DNA of 64,000 nucleotides from Maricaulis sp. (GTDB lineage Bacteria > Pseudomonadota > Alphaproteobacteria > Caulobacterales > Maricaulaceae). A model generated the notes under the pieces. That model had not been told where the DNA came from and ran no database searches. It was given only the letters and a program-made list of their open reading frames with translations. The translations under genes were made by a program, and so were the position numbers. The stretch lies in assembly GCF_034670125.1 (NCBI RefSeq), contig NZ_JAXMOC010000002.1, positions 385,768 through 449,767 of the forward strand, written 5' to 3'. Below are positions 1-8,122 of this stretch, in pieces. Position 1 is the stretch's first letter. Every line of letters begins with the position of its first letter.

Positions 1-655
1 GCTCGATCGGACGTGAGGCTGGCGCGACAGAGACTTCCTTGGGGTCTTCCAGCATTTCCTGCGCCAGGGCGCGAATCGGCTTGGGCATGGTGGCCGACAG
101 GAGGGCTGTCTGACGCTTGTTCGGCAGGAAGCTGACAATCTTGCGAATGGCCGGGAAGAAGCCGAGGTCCAGCATCTGGTCGGCTTCATCCAGGATCAGG
201 ACCTTCGTCTCGCTCAGCTTGACGGCGCCGGACTGCATCAGGTCGAGCAGGCGTCCCGGCGTGGCGACCAGCACGTCGACGCCCTTCGCCAGAGCACGGA
301 TTTGCGGGCCAGGCTTTACGCCGCCAACAACCAGTGTCGAGGACACCCGCATGTGACGGCTATAACCGCGGACATTCTCGAGGATCTGGGCCGACAGCTC
401 GCGGGTCGGCGACAGGATCAGCGCCCGGCAGGTTTTCGGATGGGTGGGCCGGCTCTCCTCGATCAAGCGATTGAGGATCGGCAGGACGAAGGATGCGGTC
501 TTGCCGGTGCCGGTCTGGGCGATGCCGACGATGTCCCGGCCGGCAATCATCGCCGGAATGACTTCGCGCTGAATCGGGGTCGGGGTCTCATAACCTTCAT
601 CGGTCAAGGCGCGCAAAATAGGCTCGGCCAGGCCGAGATCAGTAAACTGGGTCAA
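1..655 (-). CDS. DEAD-box RNA helicase (RhlE-like), N-terminal part; runs off the window start
   Basis: Manual translation gives TQFTDLGLAEPILRAL..GYETPTPIQ (Q motif), AQTGTGKT (motif I), SPTRELS (Ia), ATPGRLLD (Ib) and DEADQMLDLGF (II). Start is TTG 655; an in-frame ATG lies at 673. Confidence 0.92.
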   Translation of the reverse strand, partial: MTQFTDLGLAEPILRALTDEGYETPTPIQREVIPAMIAGRDIVGIAQTGTGKTASFVLPILNRLIEESRPTHPKTCRALILSPTRELSAQILENVRGYSRHMRVSSTLVVGGVKPGPQIRALAKGVDVLVATPGRLLDLMQSGAVKLSETKVLILDEADQMLDLGFFPAIRKIVSFLPNKRQTALLSATMPKPIRALAQEMLEDPKEVSVAPASRPIE

Positions 656-1009
656 AAATAATATCTTTCTCATGGACCGGGCGCAGACAGCCGCGCGACG
701 CGATCCTCGGGGTTTTCGTTGCGGAAGCTTGCGTAGATCAGCTGCCAGTATCTGGCGCCGGACCTGGCGCCGCGGTGGCAATGATCAATACGGGCCGTCA
801 AACGGCTGACTGTCTCGCCAACGACCACCGTTCGCAGCCTGCTGGCTGCCTACACACGGTGGAACGTGAGCCGCATGTCACATGTTTCGGTTCAGATAGC
901 AAATCATTTCGCTGTCGCAGCAAACAGGCGGAATTGACACGACCGCAGCATCAGGCAACGGTAAACACCGTTCACTCGCACCATCAGGCACCTCTTTCTG
1001 GAGCAGACC

Positions 1010-1861
1010 ATGGCCCGGACCGCCACGCCCGACGACCTGAAAATCACCCCGCGCAATCGCAAATTCACCGATGATGCGACGCGGAAACGCTGGTGGCTTG
1101 GCGGCGATCCCTTTGCAACGGCGTGGCACAATGCGCTCTCGGTTACTTTTCCGGCCGGAGAGACTTTCTTCATCGAGAGTGTCAAACGGTTCCAGAAAGA
1201 CGTACCGCCCGCCCTCGCCGCACAGATCAAGGACTTCGTCCGCCAGGAAGCGTTTCACACCCGGGAGCACAACGGTTTCAATGTCCGGGTCATCGAGGCC
1301 GGATATGATGTCAGCGCGGCCCTGCAACAGGTCGAAGACAGCCTGGCCGAGGCTCGGCAGGGACATCCGGTCGCCCAGCTCAGCATCACCGTGTCGCTGG
1401 AGCATTTCACCGCCATTTTTGCCCACCTCGCCCTGAAGGACCTGTCATTGTACGACGGTACCGATCGGGAATCGCAACGCATGTGGCTGTGGCATGCAAT
1501 CGAGGAGATCGAGCACAAGAGCGTCGCTTTCGACACCTACGCTTATGTCATGCGGGATGTGTCGCCGCTCAAGCGCTGGGGCATCCGTTGCGCGGTGTTT
1601 GCCCGGGTCTCGAAGGATTTCATTGTGAAGCGCTGGACCGAGGCCCTTCACCTGCTCGCGCAGGATGGGATCACAGGCTTCAAGGCCCGGTTCGGCCTCG
1701 CCGCGTATCTCTGGGGGCGCCCTGGCGTCATCCGGCGTGTAATCCTGCCCTGGCTCGCCTATTTCCAGCCCGGTTTTCACCCTTGGCAGGTGGATGATCG
1801 CCATCTGATCGCCGACGTCGAAGCGCAATATGATCTGGCCGAGCCAATCGCCGCCGAATAG
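1010..1861 (+). CDS. Predicted metal-dependent hydrolase (helical, EAFHTREH / EEIEHKSVAFD family)
   Basis: 283 aa ORF with GGAG RBS and the motifs FPAGETFFI, QEAFHTREH and WHAIEEIEHKSVAFD. Confidence 0.8.
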   Translation: MARTATPDDLKITPRNRKFTDDATRKRWWLGGDPFATAWHNALSVTFPAGETFFIESVKRFQKDVPPALAAQIKDFVRQEAFHTREHNGFNVRVIEAGYDVSAALQQVEDSLAEARQGHPVAQLSITVSLEHFTAIFAHLALKDLSLYDGTDRESQRMWLWHAIEEIEHKSVAFDTYAYVMRDVSPLKRWGIRCAVFARVSKDFIVKRWTEALHLLAQDGITGFKARFGLAAYLWGRPGVIRRVILPWLAYFQPGFHPWQVDDRHLIADVEAQYDLAEPIAAE

Positions 1862-1887
1862 CCCGGTTTCCAAAGACTGACCAAACG

Positions 1888-1917
1888 CAAACGGCCGCCC
1901 CGAGGGGCGGCCGTTTT
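1888..1917. terminator. Bidirectional intrinsic terminator between the hydrolase and tRNA-Asp
   Basis: aaacggccgccc-cgag-gggcggccgttt inverted repeat with A/T flanks. Confidence 0.8.
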
Positions 1918-1951
1918 GGCGTCTGACCATCTCTTCCGATCCGGAAAGAAA

Positions 1952-2028
<77 letters not shown>

Positions 2029-2131
2029 TTGAGGCGTCTCGCCGAAGCGAGGTGCGTTGTTTATGAGCAGAGCGCGGTGCGGTCAAGCGGGTTTCAACAC
2101 GCTTTGCAGGCCGAACGCAGGTCGAGCGCAG

Positions 2132-2536
2132 TCAGCCCGCCCGTGACCCGATTTGCGGACCGTCACCGCGCTCCTCGGTCTGGTGCTGCGTGTGAAACGC
2201 CTCCCACATCACGCCATCAGGATCTGCGGTCCAGCTCTTTTCTGATTTGTGGTAGCAGCACGTTGTCACTCCTTCCGGCAAATAGGGGGCCTCCGCAGAC
2301 TTCATCCGCTCGAAAACGCCATGCAGTTCCTCCGGATTGTCCGATTGCAGACCGGCATGACTGAAACCGGGCACGCCTTCGCCGGATTCGATGACGAAAT
2401 TCATGCGCGGGTCTTCGATCAACCATTTCGCGTAGCGGTCCCTGACCAGCGTGGGCTCACTGCCAAACAAGCGGGTATAAAAACCGATCGATGCATCAAG
2501 ATCGCGCACCTTGAAGCTGACATGCAGACGTTTCAT
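2132..2536 (-). CDS. arsI: ArsI/CadI-family VOC metalloenzyme (C-As lyase-like)
   Basis: MKRLHV (His), FSHAG (His), WEAF (Glu) and the vicinal Cys pair TTCCY; start 2536 overlaps the arsR stop (ATGA). Confidence 0.8.
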   Translation of the reverse strand: MKRLHVSFKVRDLDASIGFYTRLFGSEPTLVRDRYAKWLIEDPRMNFVIESGEGVPGFSHAGLQSDNPEELHGVFERMKSAEAPYLPEGVTTCCYHKSEKSWTADPDGVMWEAFHTQHQTEERGDGPQIGSRAG

Positions 2537-2877
2537 GATCCTGTTTCCTTGGCTTTTCTGGCGACGGATACTGTCGGCAGACCTTTGCAACAATCCTCAA
2601 GAAGGAATCCGGCAACCGCCTGCAGCCGGGAAATGCGCGGTGAATAAATCAATGACCGCCCGCGCCGCTCGAACTGGATCAGACCGGCCCGCGACAATTC
2701 CTTCAGATGAAAAGACAGTGTTGGAGCCGGCAACCCGAGCGCCTCGGCGATGGTGCCGGGCGTCAGTCCCCCGTCACCCTCACAGGGCGTTGCCGCCGTC
2801 ACCAGCAGACGGAATACATCCATCCGGACTTCATGGGCGAGAGCCGCAAGCGCGGCGATGGCGTCTGTCTTTTCCAT
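2533..2877 (-). CDS. arsR: ArsR/SmtB-family repressor with a C-terminal CC pair
   Basis: LAALAHEVRMDVFRLLV, wHTH TLSFHLKELSRAGLI, RRGRSLIY, C-terminal FLLEDCCKG. Confidence 0.9.
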   Translation of the reverse strand: MEKTDAIAALAALAHEVRMDVFRLLVTAATPCEGDGGLTPGTIAEALGLPAPTLSFHLKELSRAGLIQFERRGRSLIYSPRISRLQAVAGFLLEDCCKGLPTVSVARKAKETGS

Positions 2878-2911
2878 AATTCCAATTTAGTGAAAATAAT
2901 TACTCGTGCAA
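2878..2911 (-). promoter_or_regulatory. Candidate sigma70 promoter and AT-rich ArsR operator; leaderless arsR mRNA predicted
   Basis: TTGCAC (2911-2906), N16, TAAATT (2889-2884), ending 6 nt before the ATG; imperfect inverted repeat ATTTTC-N9-GAATTA; no SD. Confidence 0.5.
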
Positions 2912-2934
2912 GGATCATTTTGAAAATACTGAAA

Positions 2935-4224
2935 TTAAATGAAGTGCCGCCGGGCCCACGCTTCCGTGACGCGCAAGGTGGTACCGATCAATATCTGCAG
3001 ATCCTCGGCACTGATCACATAGGGAGGCATGAGATAAATGATATTGTTGAACGGTCGCACCCACACACCGGCATCGACGAATTCGGCCTTCAGGATATCC
3101 AGCTCGGGCAGACTCGCCATCTCGATCACCCCGATCGCGCCCTGCCAGCGCACATCCACCACGCCCGGGATGTGACGCGCTGCCGGCAACAACGCCGCAA
3201 ACATTGATTCGATGGCGTGAACCTGATCCAGGCGCGGCTCGCGTTCGAACAGATCGAGCGAGGCATTGGCGGCGGCGCAGGCGGCCGGATTGCCCATATA
3301 AGTCGGCCCGTGCATCAGCGCCTTGCCCGGGTCCTCGTCCCAGAAGAGTTCGAACAAGCGGGTAGTAACCAGCGTCGCCGCCAGTGGCAGCGTACCGCCG
3401 GTCAATGCTTTGGAGACGGTCATGATGTCAGGCGTGACACCAGCCTTTTCTGCGGCAAACAGTGTGCCCAGGCGACCAAAACCGGTCATGATCTCGTCGA
3501 ATATCAAAGGCAGCCCATGACGGTCACAAAGGTTGCGTAGCACTCGCAGCGTCGCGGCATCATGAAAGCGCATGCCACCTGCGCCTTGGACGAGAGGCTC
3601 GACAACCACACCGGCCAGTGTGTCCGCATGGTGCGACACCAAAGCGTCAAGACTGTCGGCGCGATCTGCGTCGATCGGCAGGTCAGCGATCAATTGCCGG
3701 GCGATCGCACCAGCGAAAAGGGCGTGCATACCCTCTTCCGGATCACACACCGACATCGTCGCAAGCGTGTCACCATGGTACCCGCCGCGAAAGGCGAGAA
3801 ACCGCGTGCGGCCCCGCTGCCCCCGATTGATGAAGGACTGGACGGCAACCTTCATCGCGATTTCGACCGATACCGATCCGGACTCGCAGAAGAAAACATG
3901 ATTGAGCTCACCCGGGGCCTTGGCCGCGAGGCGCCGCGCCAGCCGCTCCGCCGGGTCATGGGTCAACCCGCCCAGCATCACATGCGGGACGGCATCAAGC
4001 TGGCGCTTTACGGCGTCGATGATGTGGGGATGGCGATAGCCGTGGCAGACCGTCCACCAGGACGAGACACCGTCGATCAGCTCGCGGCCGTCCGCGAGCG
4101 TCAGGCGGACGCCCTCCGCGCTGGCAACCGGAAGGGCGGGCGGTGTTGTTTTCATCTGGGCGTAGGGTCGCCACAGCGCATGATCAGCCGGATCGAAATT
4201 CATCTTGTCTGCATCCCGAAACAT
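2935..4224 (-). CDS. bioA: Adenosylmethionine-8-amino-7-oxononanoate (DAPA) aminotransferase
   Basis: LWRPYAQM, DGVSSWW, YHGDT, IFDEIMTGFGR, VSKALTGG (PLP Lys), HGPTYMGN; alternative start 4203. Confidence 0.95.
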   Translation of the reverse strand: MFRDADKMNFDPADHALWRPYAQMKTTPPALPVASAEGVRLTLADGRELIDGVSSWWTVCHGYRHPHIIDAVKRQLDAVPHVMLGGLTHDPAERLARRLAAKAPGELNHVFFCESGSVSVEIAMKVAVQSFINRGQRGRTRFLAFRGGYHGDTLATMSVCDPEEGMHALFAGAIARQLIADLPIDADRADSLDALVSHHADTLAGVVVEPLVQGAGGMRFHDAATLRVLRNLCDRHGLPLIFDEIMTGFGRLGTLFAAEKAGVTPDIMTVSKALTGGTLPLAATLVTTRLFELFWDEDPGKALMHGPTYMGNPAACAAANASLDLFEREPRLDQVHAIESMFAALLPAARHIPGVVDVRWQGAIGVIEMASLPELDILKAEFVDAGVWVRPFNNIIYLMPPYVISAEDLQILIGTTLRVTEAWARRHFI

Positions 4225-4267
4225 GTGGAGGCTTTAGCAGGCCACAATTCTGTGCGACAGGCATTGT

Positions 4268-5449
4268 ATGACAACTGCCAGTGCTTCCCTCGAGCGTTTC
4301 GCAGCCAGCAAGCTGGCCGGGCTCGACCGGCGCAACCTGCGTCGCCGGACCCGCGAGACCCTGCCGCTGGGCGGCGCCTTGGTCGAACGCGATGGTCGCC
4401 AGCTGATCAATGCCTGCTCGAACGACTATCTCGGCCTCAGCCAGCATCCCGATGTCACCGCGGCAGCGGCAGCGGCAGCGTGCCGCTACGGCGCGGGGGC
4501 CGGGGCGTCACGCCTGGTAACGGGCGGTCACCCCCTGCTGTTCGACCTGGAAGCGCGACTGGCAACCTTCAAGGGAACCGAGGACTGTCTTGTGTTCGGG
4601 TCCGGCTATCTGGCGAATCTGGCGATCACGCCCGCCCTGGTCGGAAAGGGCGATATCGTGTTCGTGGACTCCCTCGCGCACGCCTGCCTTCATGCCGGTG
4701 CGCGCCTGTCTGGCGCACGCGTGGAAACCTTCCCCCACAATGATATGGCGGCACTCGCCTCCCGGCTGACCGAGCTGAGGGGCGACCACCGTCATGCGAT
4801 GATCCTGACCGACGGCGTTTTCTCCATGGATGGTGATCTCGCGCCCCTGCCCGACCTCTTGGCCCTGGCAGACAGGCACAACGCCTGGACGCTGGTCGAT
4901 GACGCACATGGGATCGGCGTGATCGGTAACGGCCATGGCAGCACGCATGCCTTCCAGCCGCCGGTAACGCCGCCACTGCAGATGGGCACGCTGTCCAAAG
5001 CTCTCGGCAGCTATGGCGGCTATGTGTGCGCGTCGAAAGATGTCTGCGACCTGCTCCGGACGCGGGCCCGCCCCCTTGTTTTCACCACCGCCCTGCCGCC
5101 GGCCAGCATCGCGGCGGCACTGACTGCGCTGGACCTGATTGCCCGAGACCCGGTGCTTCGCGACCGCCCCATGAGGCTGGCCCGCCGTTTCTGCCGGGCG
5201 CTGGGGCTGGCCGAACCCGCCTCACCCATCGTCCCGATCATCATCGGAAAAGAGGCGGACGCCCTCGCCGCGTCCGCCACCCTCGAGACGGCCGGGTTTC
5301 TGGTCACAGCAATACGTCCGCCGACGGTCCCGCGCGGCACGGCTCGCCTGAGGGTGACGTTCAATGCGGCGCACAGCGAGGCCGACATTGACCGGCTCGC
5401 CTCCACCCTGAAGTCGATCCTGCAACCCGCCGAGGCCGCCGAGTCATGA
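4268..5449 (+). CDS. bioF: 8-amino-7-oxononanoate synthase
   Basis: CSNDYLGL, GAGASRLVTG, DGVFSMDGD, VDDAHG, GTLSKALG, IRPPTVP. Confidence 0.95.
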   Translation: MTTASASLERFAASKLAGLDRRNLRRRTRETLPLGGALVERDGRQLINACSNDYLGLSQHPDVTAAAAAAACRYGAGAGASRLVTGGHPLLFDLEARLATFKGTEDCLVFGSGYLANLAITPALVGKGDIVFVDSLAHACLHAGARLSGARVETFPHNDMAALASRLTELRGDHRHAMILTDGVFSMDGDLAPLPDLLALADRHNAWTLVDDAHGIGVIGNGHGSTHAFQPPVTPPLQMGTLSKALGSYGGYVCASKDVCDLLRTRARPLVFTTALPPASIAAALTALDLIARDPVLRDRPMRLARRFCRALGLAEPASPIVPIIIGKEADALAASATLETAGFLVTAIRPPTVPRGTARLRVTFNAAHSEADIDRLASTLKSILQPAEAAES

Positions 5450-6111
5450 GACCGCTTTTTTTCACCGGAACCGGCACGGATATCGGAAAGACCCATGTGC
5501 TGTGCGAAATGATCCGGGCCTGGCGAGCGGGCGGCAAGGCCATGCGCGTCCTCAAGCCGGTGATTTCCGGGTTCAACCCGTCCGCTCTCAACGAGACCGA
5601 CACCATCCGCCTGATGCGGGCCAACGGAGAGGCGTTGACCGGAGAAGGCGTGCAGGCTGTCTCCCCCTGGCGGTTCAGGGCGCCACTTTCGCCCGATCTC
5701 GCCGCCCGCAAGGAACGGCGCGACCTGCCACTCGAGACAGTCGTCAGCTGGTGCCTCGACCATGTCAGCCGTGACATGCCCACAGTCATCGAGGGCGCTG
5801 GCGGTGTCATGTCTCCGATCGCCTCTGACGGACTCAATCTTGACCTGATCCGTGAACTCGACGCTCATCCGGTGCTGGTCGCCGGCAGTTATCTTGGAAC
5901 CATTTCTCACACGCTGACGGCACTGAGAGTGCTCGATGGGCGCTGCACGGTCATCCTCAATGATCATCCCCGTGGCGAGACACCGGTAGCGGAGATCGTC
6001 CGCACTTTGAGCCGGTTCGCGCCGCGTGCCGATATACGCATTTATGAGCCGGCGGCCCCGGAGGCACTGCTCGACCTGTTCAAACGGGCGACAGCAACAT
6101 CGCTCGACTGA
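5446..6111 (+). CDS. bioD: Dethiobiotin synthase
   Basis: FTGTGTDIGKT P-loop, LKPVISG, IEGAGG, LGTISHT; ATGA overlap with bioF. Confidence 0.93.
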   Translation: MRPLFFTGTGTDIGKTHVLCEMIRAWRAGGKAMRVLKPVISGFNPSALNETDTIRLMRANGEALTGEGVQAVSPWRFRAPLSPDLAARKERRDLPLETVVSWCLDHVSRDMPTVIEGAGGVMSPIASDGLNLDLIRELDAHPVLVAGSYLGTISHTLTALRVLDGRCTVILNDHPRGETPVAEIVRTLSRFAPRADIRIYEPAAPEALLDLFKRATATSLD

Positions 6112-6179
6112 CCGATCCGTCGGTGCTGTCCGGTTTGGGGGGGCGGCCGTCATGCCACTCGGGTCACAACCGGCCGGTA

Positions 6180-6255
6180 TGGTGGGCGGTGAGGGGCTCG
6201 AACCCCCGACCCTCTCGGTGTAAACGAGATGCTCTCCCAACTGAGCTAACCGCCC
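6180..6255 (-). tRNA. tRNA-Val(TAC)
   Basis: Reverse complement GGGCGGTTAGCTCAGTTGGGAGAGCATCTCGTTTACACCGAGAGGGTCGGGGGTTCGAGCCCCTCACCGCCCACCA. Confidence 0.98.
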
Positions 6256-6325
6256 GGGTATCGGTGCCCGTCTGCGGGGCAGGACGCGCTTGTAATGCCT
6301 TCCACCCGGGTGGCGCAAGCCCGCT

Positions 6326-6967
6326 TCAACGGCTCTGTGCAGCGTCCCGGATATAGGCGCCCACCACCATCTCGATCTGGTTCATCGCCGTCGCGACCGG
6401 GTTGTCATAGCTGGCATTGGGCAGCACGACGACAATGATGCCATGAACCGCCGCCCAGAGTGCGCGTGCCGACGTCTCGCGCAAGGCGACATCTTCAAGC
6501 CCCGGGGCTGGTTCCAGGACATCGATGACCAGCTGAAACAACTCGTCTTCGACATCTGTATAGTATTGCGGCGCTGCCCCGCCCTGGCGCCGATTGAACG
6601 CCAACAGGGCTCGCCACCGGGCATTCTCGGTGGTGACGAAATCCACATAGGCTTTCGCAAGCACCATAACGCGGCCGTGCACCTTGGAGCGATCGAGCCC
6701 CGCGCGCTCCAGCGCCTGACGATGGTGTTCGGCAAAATCACGATAGGTGATCATGTTGAGTTCACGGATCAAATCGTCGATATCGCCGAATAGCTTGTAG
6801 ATCGATCCGACGCTGAGGCCGGCCCGCGCCGCAATGGTCCGGGCCTTCATGCCGTTCAGCCCCTGCTCCGCCAACAGGGCTCCGGCCGCCGCCAAGGCCT
6901 GGTCGCGCACTTCCGGCGCCAACGCTGGGCGGCCACGGGCCCGGTGTTTGTCCTGAACATCTGTCAT
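6326..6967 (-). CDS. TetR/AcrR-family regulator with a WHG C-terminal domain
   Basis: HTH LNGMKARTIAARAGLSVGSIYKLFGDIDDL and C-terminal LWAAVHG; start chosen at ATG 6967 (GGAG upstream), alternative 7009. Confidence 0.88.
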   Translation of the reverse strand: MTDVQDKHRARGRPALAPEVRDQALAAAGALLAEQGLNGMKARTIAARAGLSVGSIYKLFGDIDDLIRELNMITYRDFAEHHRQALERAGLDRSKVHGRVMVLAKAYVDFVTTENARWRALLAFNRRQGGAAPQYYTDVEDELFQLVIDVLEPAPGLEDVALRETSARALWAAVHGIIVVVLPNASYDNPVATAMNQIEMVVGAYIRDAAQSR

Positions 6968-6996
6968 GACCCACTGATACTCCGGGGACGCCTGTC

Positions 6997-7065
6997 GAAC
7001 AACGTTCATTATTCGGCTTGCGTGAACGGGATTCCCACCTAGCCTTATTAAATGAACACAGTTCA
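6997..7065. promoter_or_regulatory. Two candidate TetR operators, (T)GAAC-N3-GTTC(A)
   Basis: GAAC-AAC-GTTC at 6997-7007 and TGAAC-ACA-GTTCA at 7053-7065 in the divergent intergenic region; extra TGAAC half-site at 7023. Confidence 0.6.
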
Positions 7066-7079
7066 CAAAGGAGAATGAC

Positions 7080-7787
7080 ATGTTCACTACCCTTGTCTCC
7101 CTGTTCAGGGCCCGGTCGGAATCAAGCCGCCAGTCCCTGGAAACCGAGAACGCTGCCCTGCTCATCGAGCAAAACATCCGGGATGCCGAAAAGGGTCACG
7201 ACGCAGCCAAGCGCTCGTTGGCGCAACTCATTCTGCGGGAGCGCCAGGAAGACACGGCGCTGCAGGCACTCACCGCAAGGCGCCAGGACATGGAAGCGCG
7301 AACCCGCGACGCCCTGAAGGCGGGGATGGAAGCGCTGGCGGGTGATGGAGCCAACGCCCTCGCCGACCTGGACAATGAAAACACCGCACGCACCAACGCC
7401 CTCACCCGGACCCGGTCGAGCGCCAGGCGGCTGCGTTTGCTGCTCGAAAAAACCGACCGCCGCCTGACAGATCTCAGACAAGGCCTTGTCACGGCGCAAG
7501 CGCTTGAAGACGAGCGCCGTGGTGGAACCGCCCTGCAGGGAAGCCTCAGCGGGCTCGGCGCCTTGATGGAGGGAGAGGCCGTCCTGAAGCGCGCACTTGC
7601 CGCCCTGGATGCCGGTGGCTTCGCCGACATTCTTGATGACATCAACGCGGACCTGTCAGGCGATGGCCTGATCGAGCGCATGGCAGACCAAGGGTTCGGT
7701 GCCTCGGTAAAAGCGCGTGGAGACGACATTCTCAATCGGATCAGGGCGGGGCTGGACACCGCGCCGACTGATGCTCAGCCGGTCTAG
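7080..7787 (+). CDS. PspA/IM30-family coiled-coil protein
   Basis: AAGGAG RBS; ENAALLIEQNIRDAE..AKRSLAQL and AREALKAG-type PspA heptad pattern; no TM segment. Confidence 0.8.
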   Translation: MFTTLVSLFRARSESSRQSLETENAALLIEQNIRDAEKGHDAAKRSLAQLILRERQEDTALQALTARRQDMEARTRDALKAGMEALAGDGANALADLDNENTARTNALTRTRSSARRLRLLLEKTDRRLTDLRQGLVTAQALEDERRGGTALQGSLSGLGALMEGEAVLKRALAALDAGGFADILDDINADLSGDGLIERMADQGFGASVKARGDDILNRIRAGLDTAPTDAQPV

Positions 7788-7799
7788 GGAGGACGTGCC

Positions 7800-8063
7800 A
7801 TGCTTGGACAGTCAAAGCTCTGGATCAGTTTCAATTATGCCTGCGTCGCCATCGCCTACGCCATGTTGGGTCTGTCATTGCTCCTGGTGCCCGTCGACCT
7901 CTCGACCAAGGGCTATGTCGGGATGGGGATCCTGTTTCTGACCGGCTCCCTCATCACCTTGGTCAAAACGCTGCAGGAGCAGCGTATCAACGATCAGTTT
8001 TCATCCAAACTGGAACGGGCCAAACACGAAAAAATCCTGGAAGACTACGTCACCAGAACCTGA
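7800..8063 (+). CDS. YiaA/YiaB-like two-helix membrane protein with a charged C-terminal tail
   Basis: GGAGG RBS; two hydrophobic helices, TKGYVGMGILFLTGSLITLVKT pattern. Confidence 0.7.
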   Translation: MLGQSKLWISFNYACVAIAYAMLGLSLLLVPVDLSTKGYVGMGILFLTGSLITLVKTLQEQRINDQFSSKLERAKHEKILEDYVTRT

Positions 8064-8071
8064 CCGGCGAA

Positions 8072-8096
8072 CGGCGCCCGCCAAGAACGGGCGCCG
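8072..8096. terminator. GC hairpin between convergent yiaAB-like and pheA genes
   Basis: cggcgcccg-ccaagaa-cgggcgccg perfect 9-bp stem with no U-tract. Confidence 0.4.
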
Positions 8097-8122
8097 CCAG
8101 CTGGCCGGGACCGGCCCTGAAA

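Noticed and set aside
958-971. ACGGT-AAAC-ACCGT palindrome upstream of the metal-dependent hydrolase
   Set aside because: A single short palindrome with no adjacent regulator; could be chance.
4225-4267. BirA/BioR operator between bioA and bioF
   Set aside because: Only a 4-bp CACA/TGTG palindrome; neither known consensus is present.
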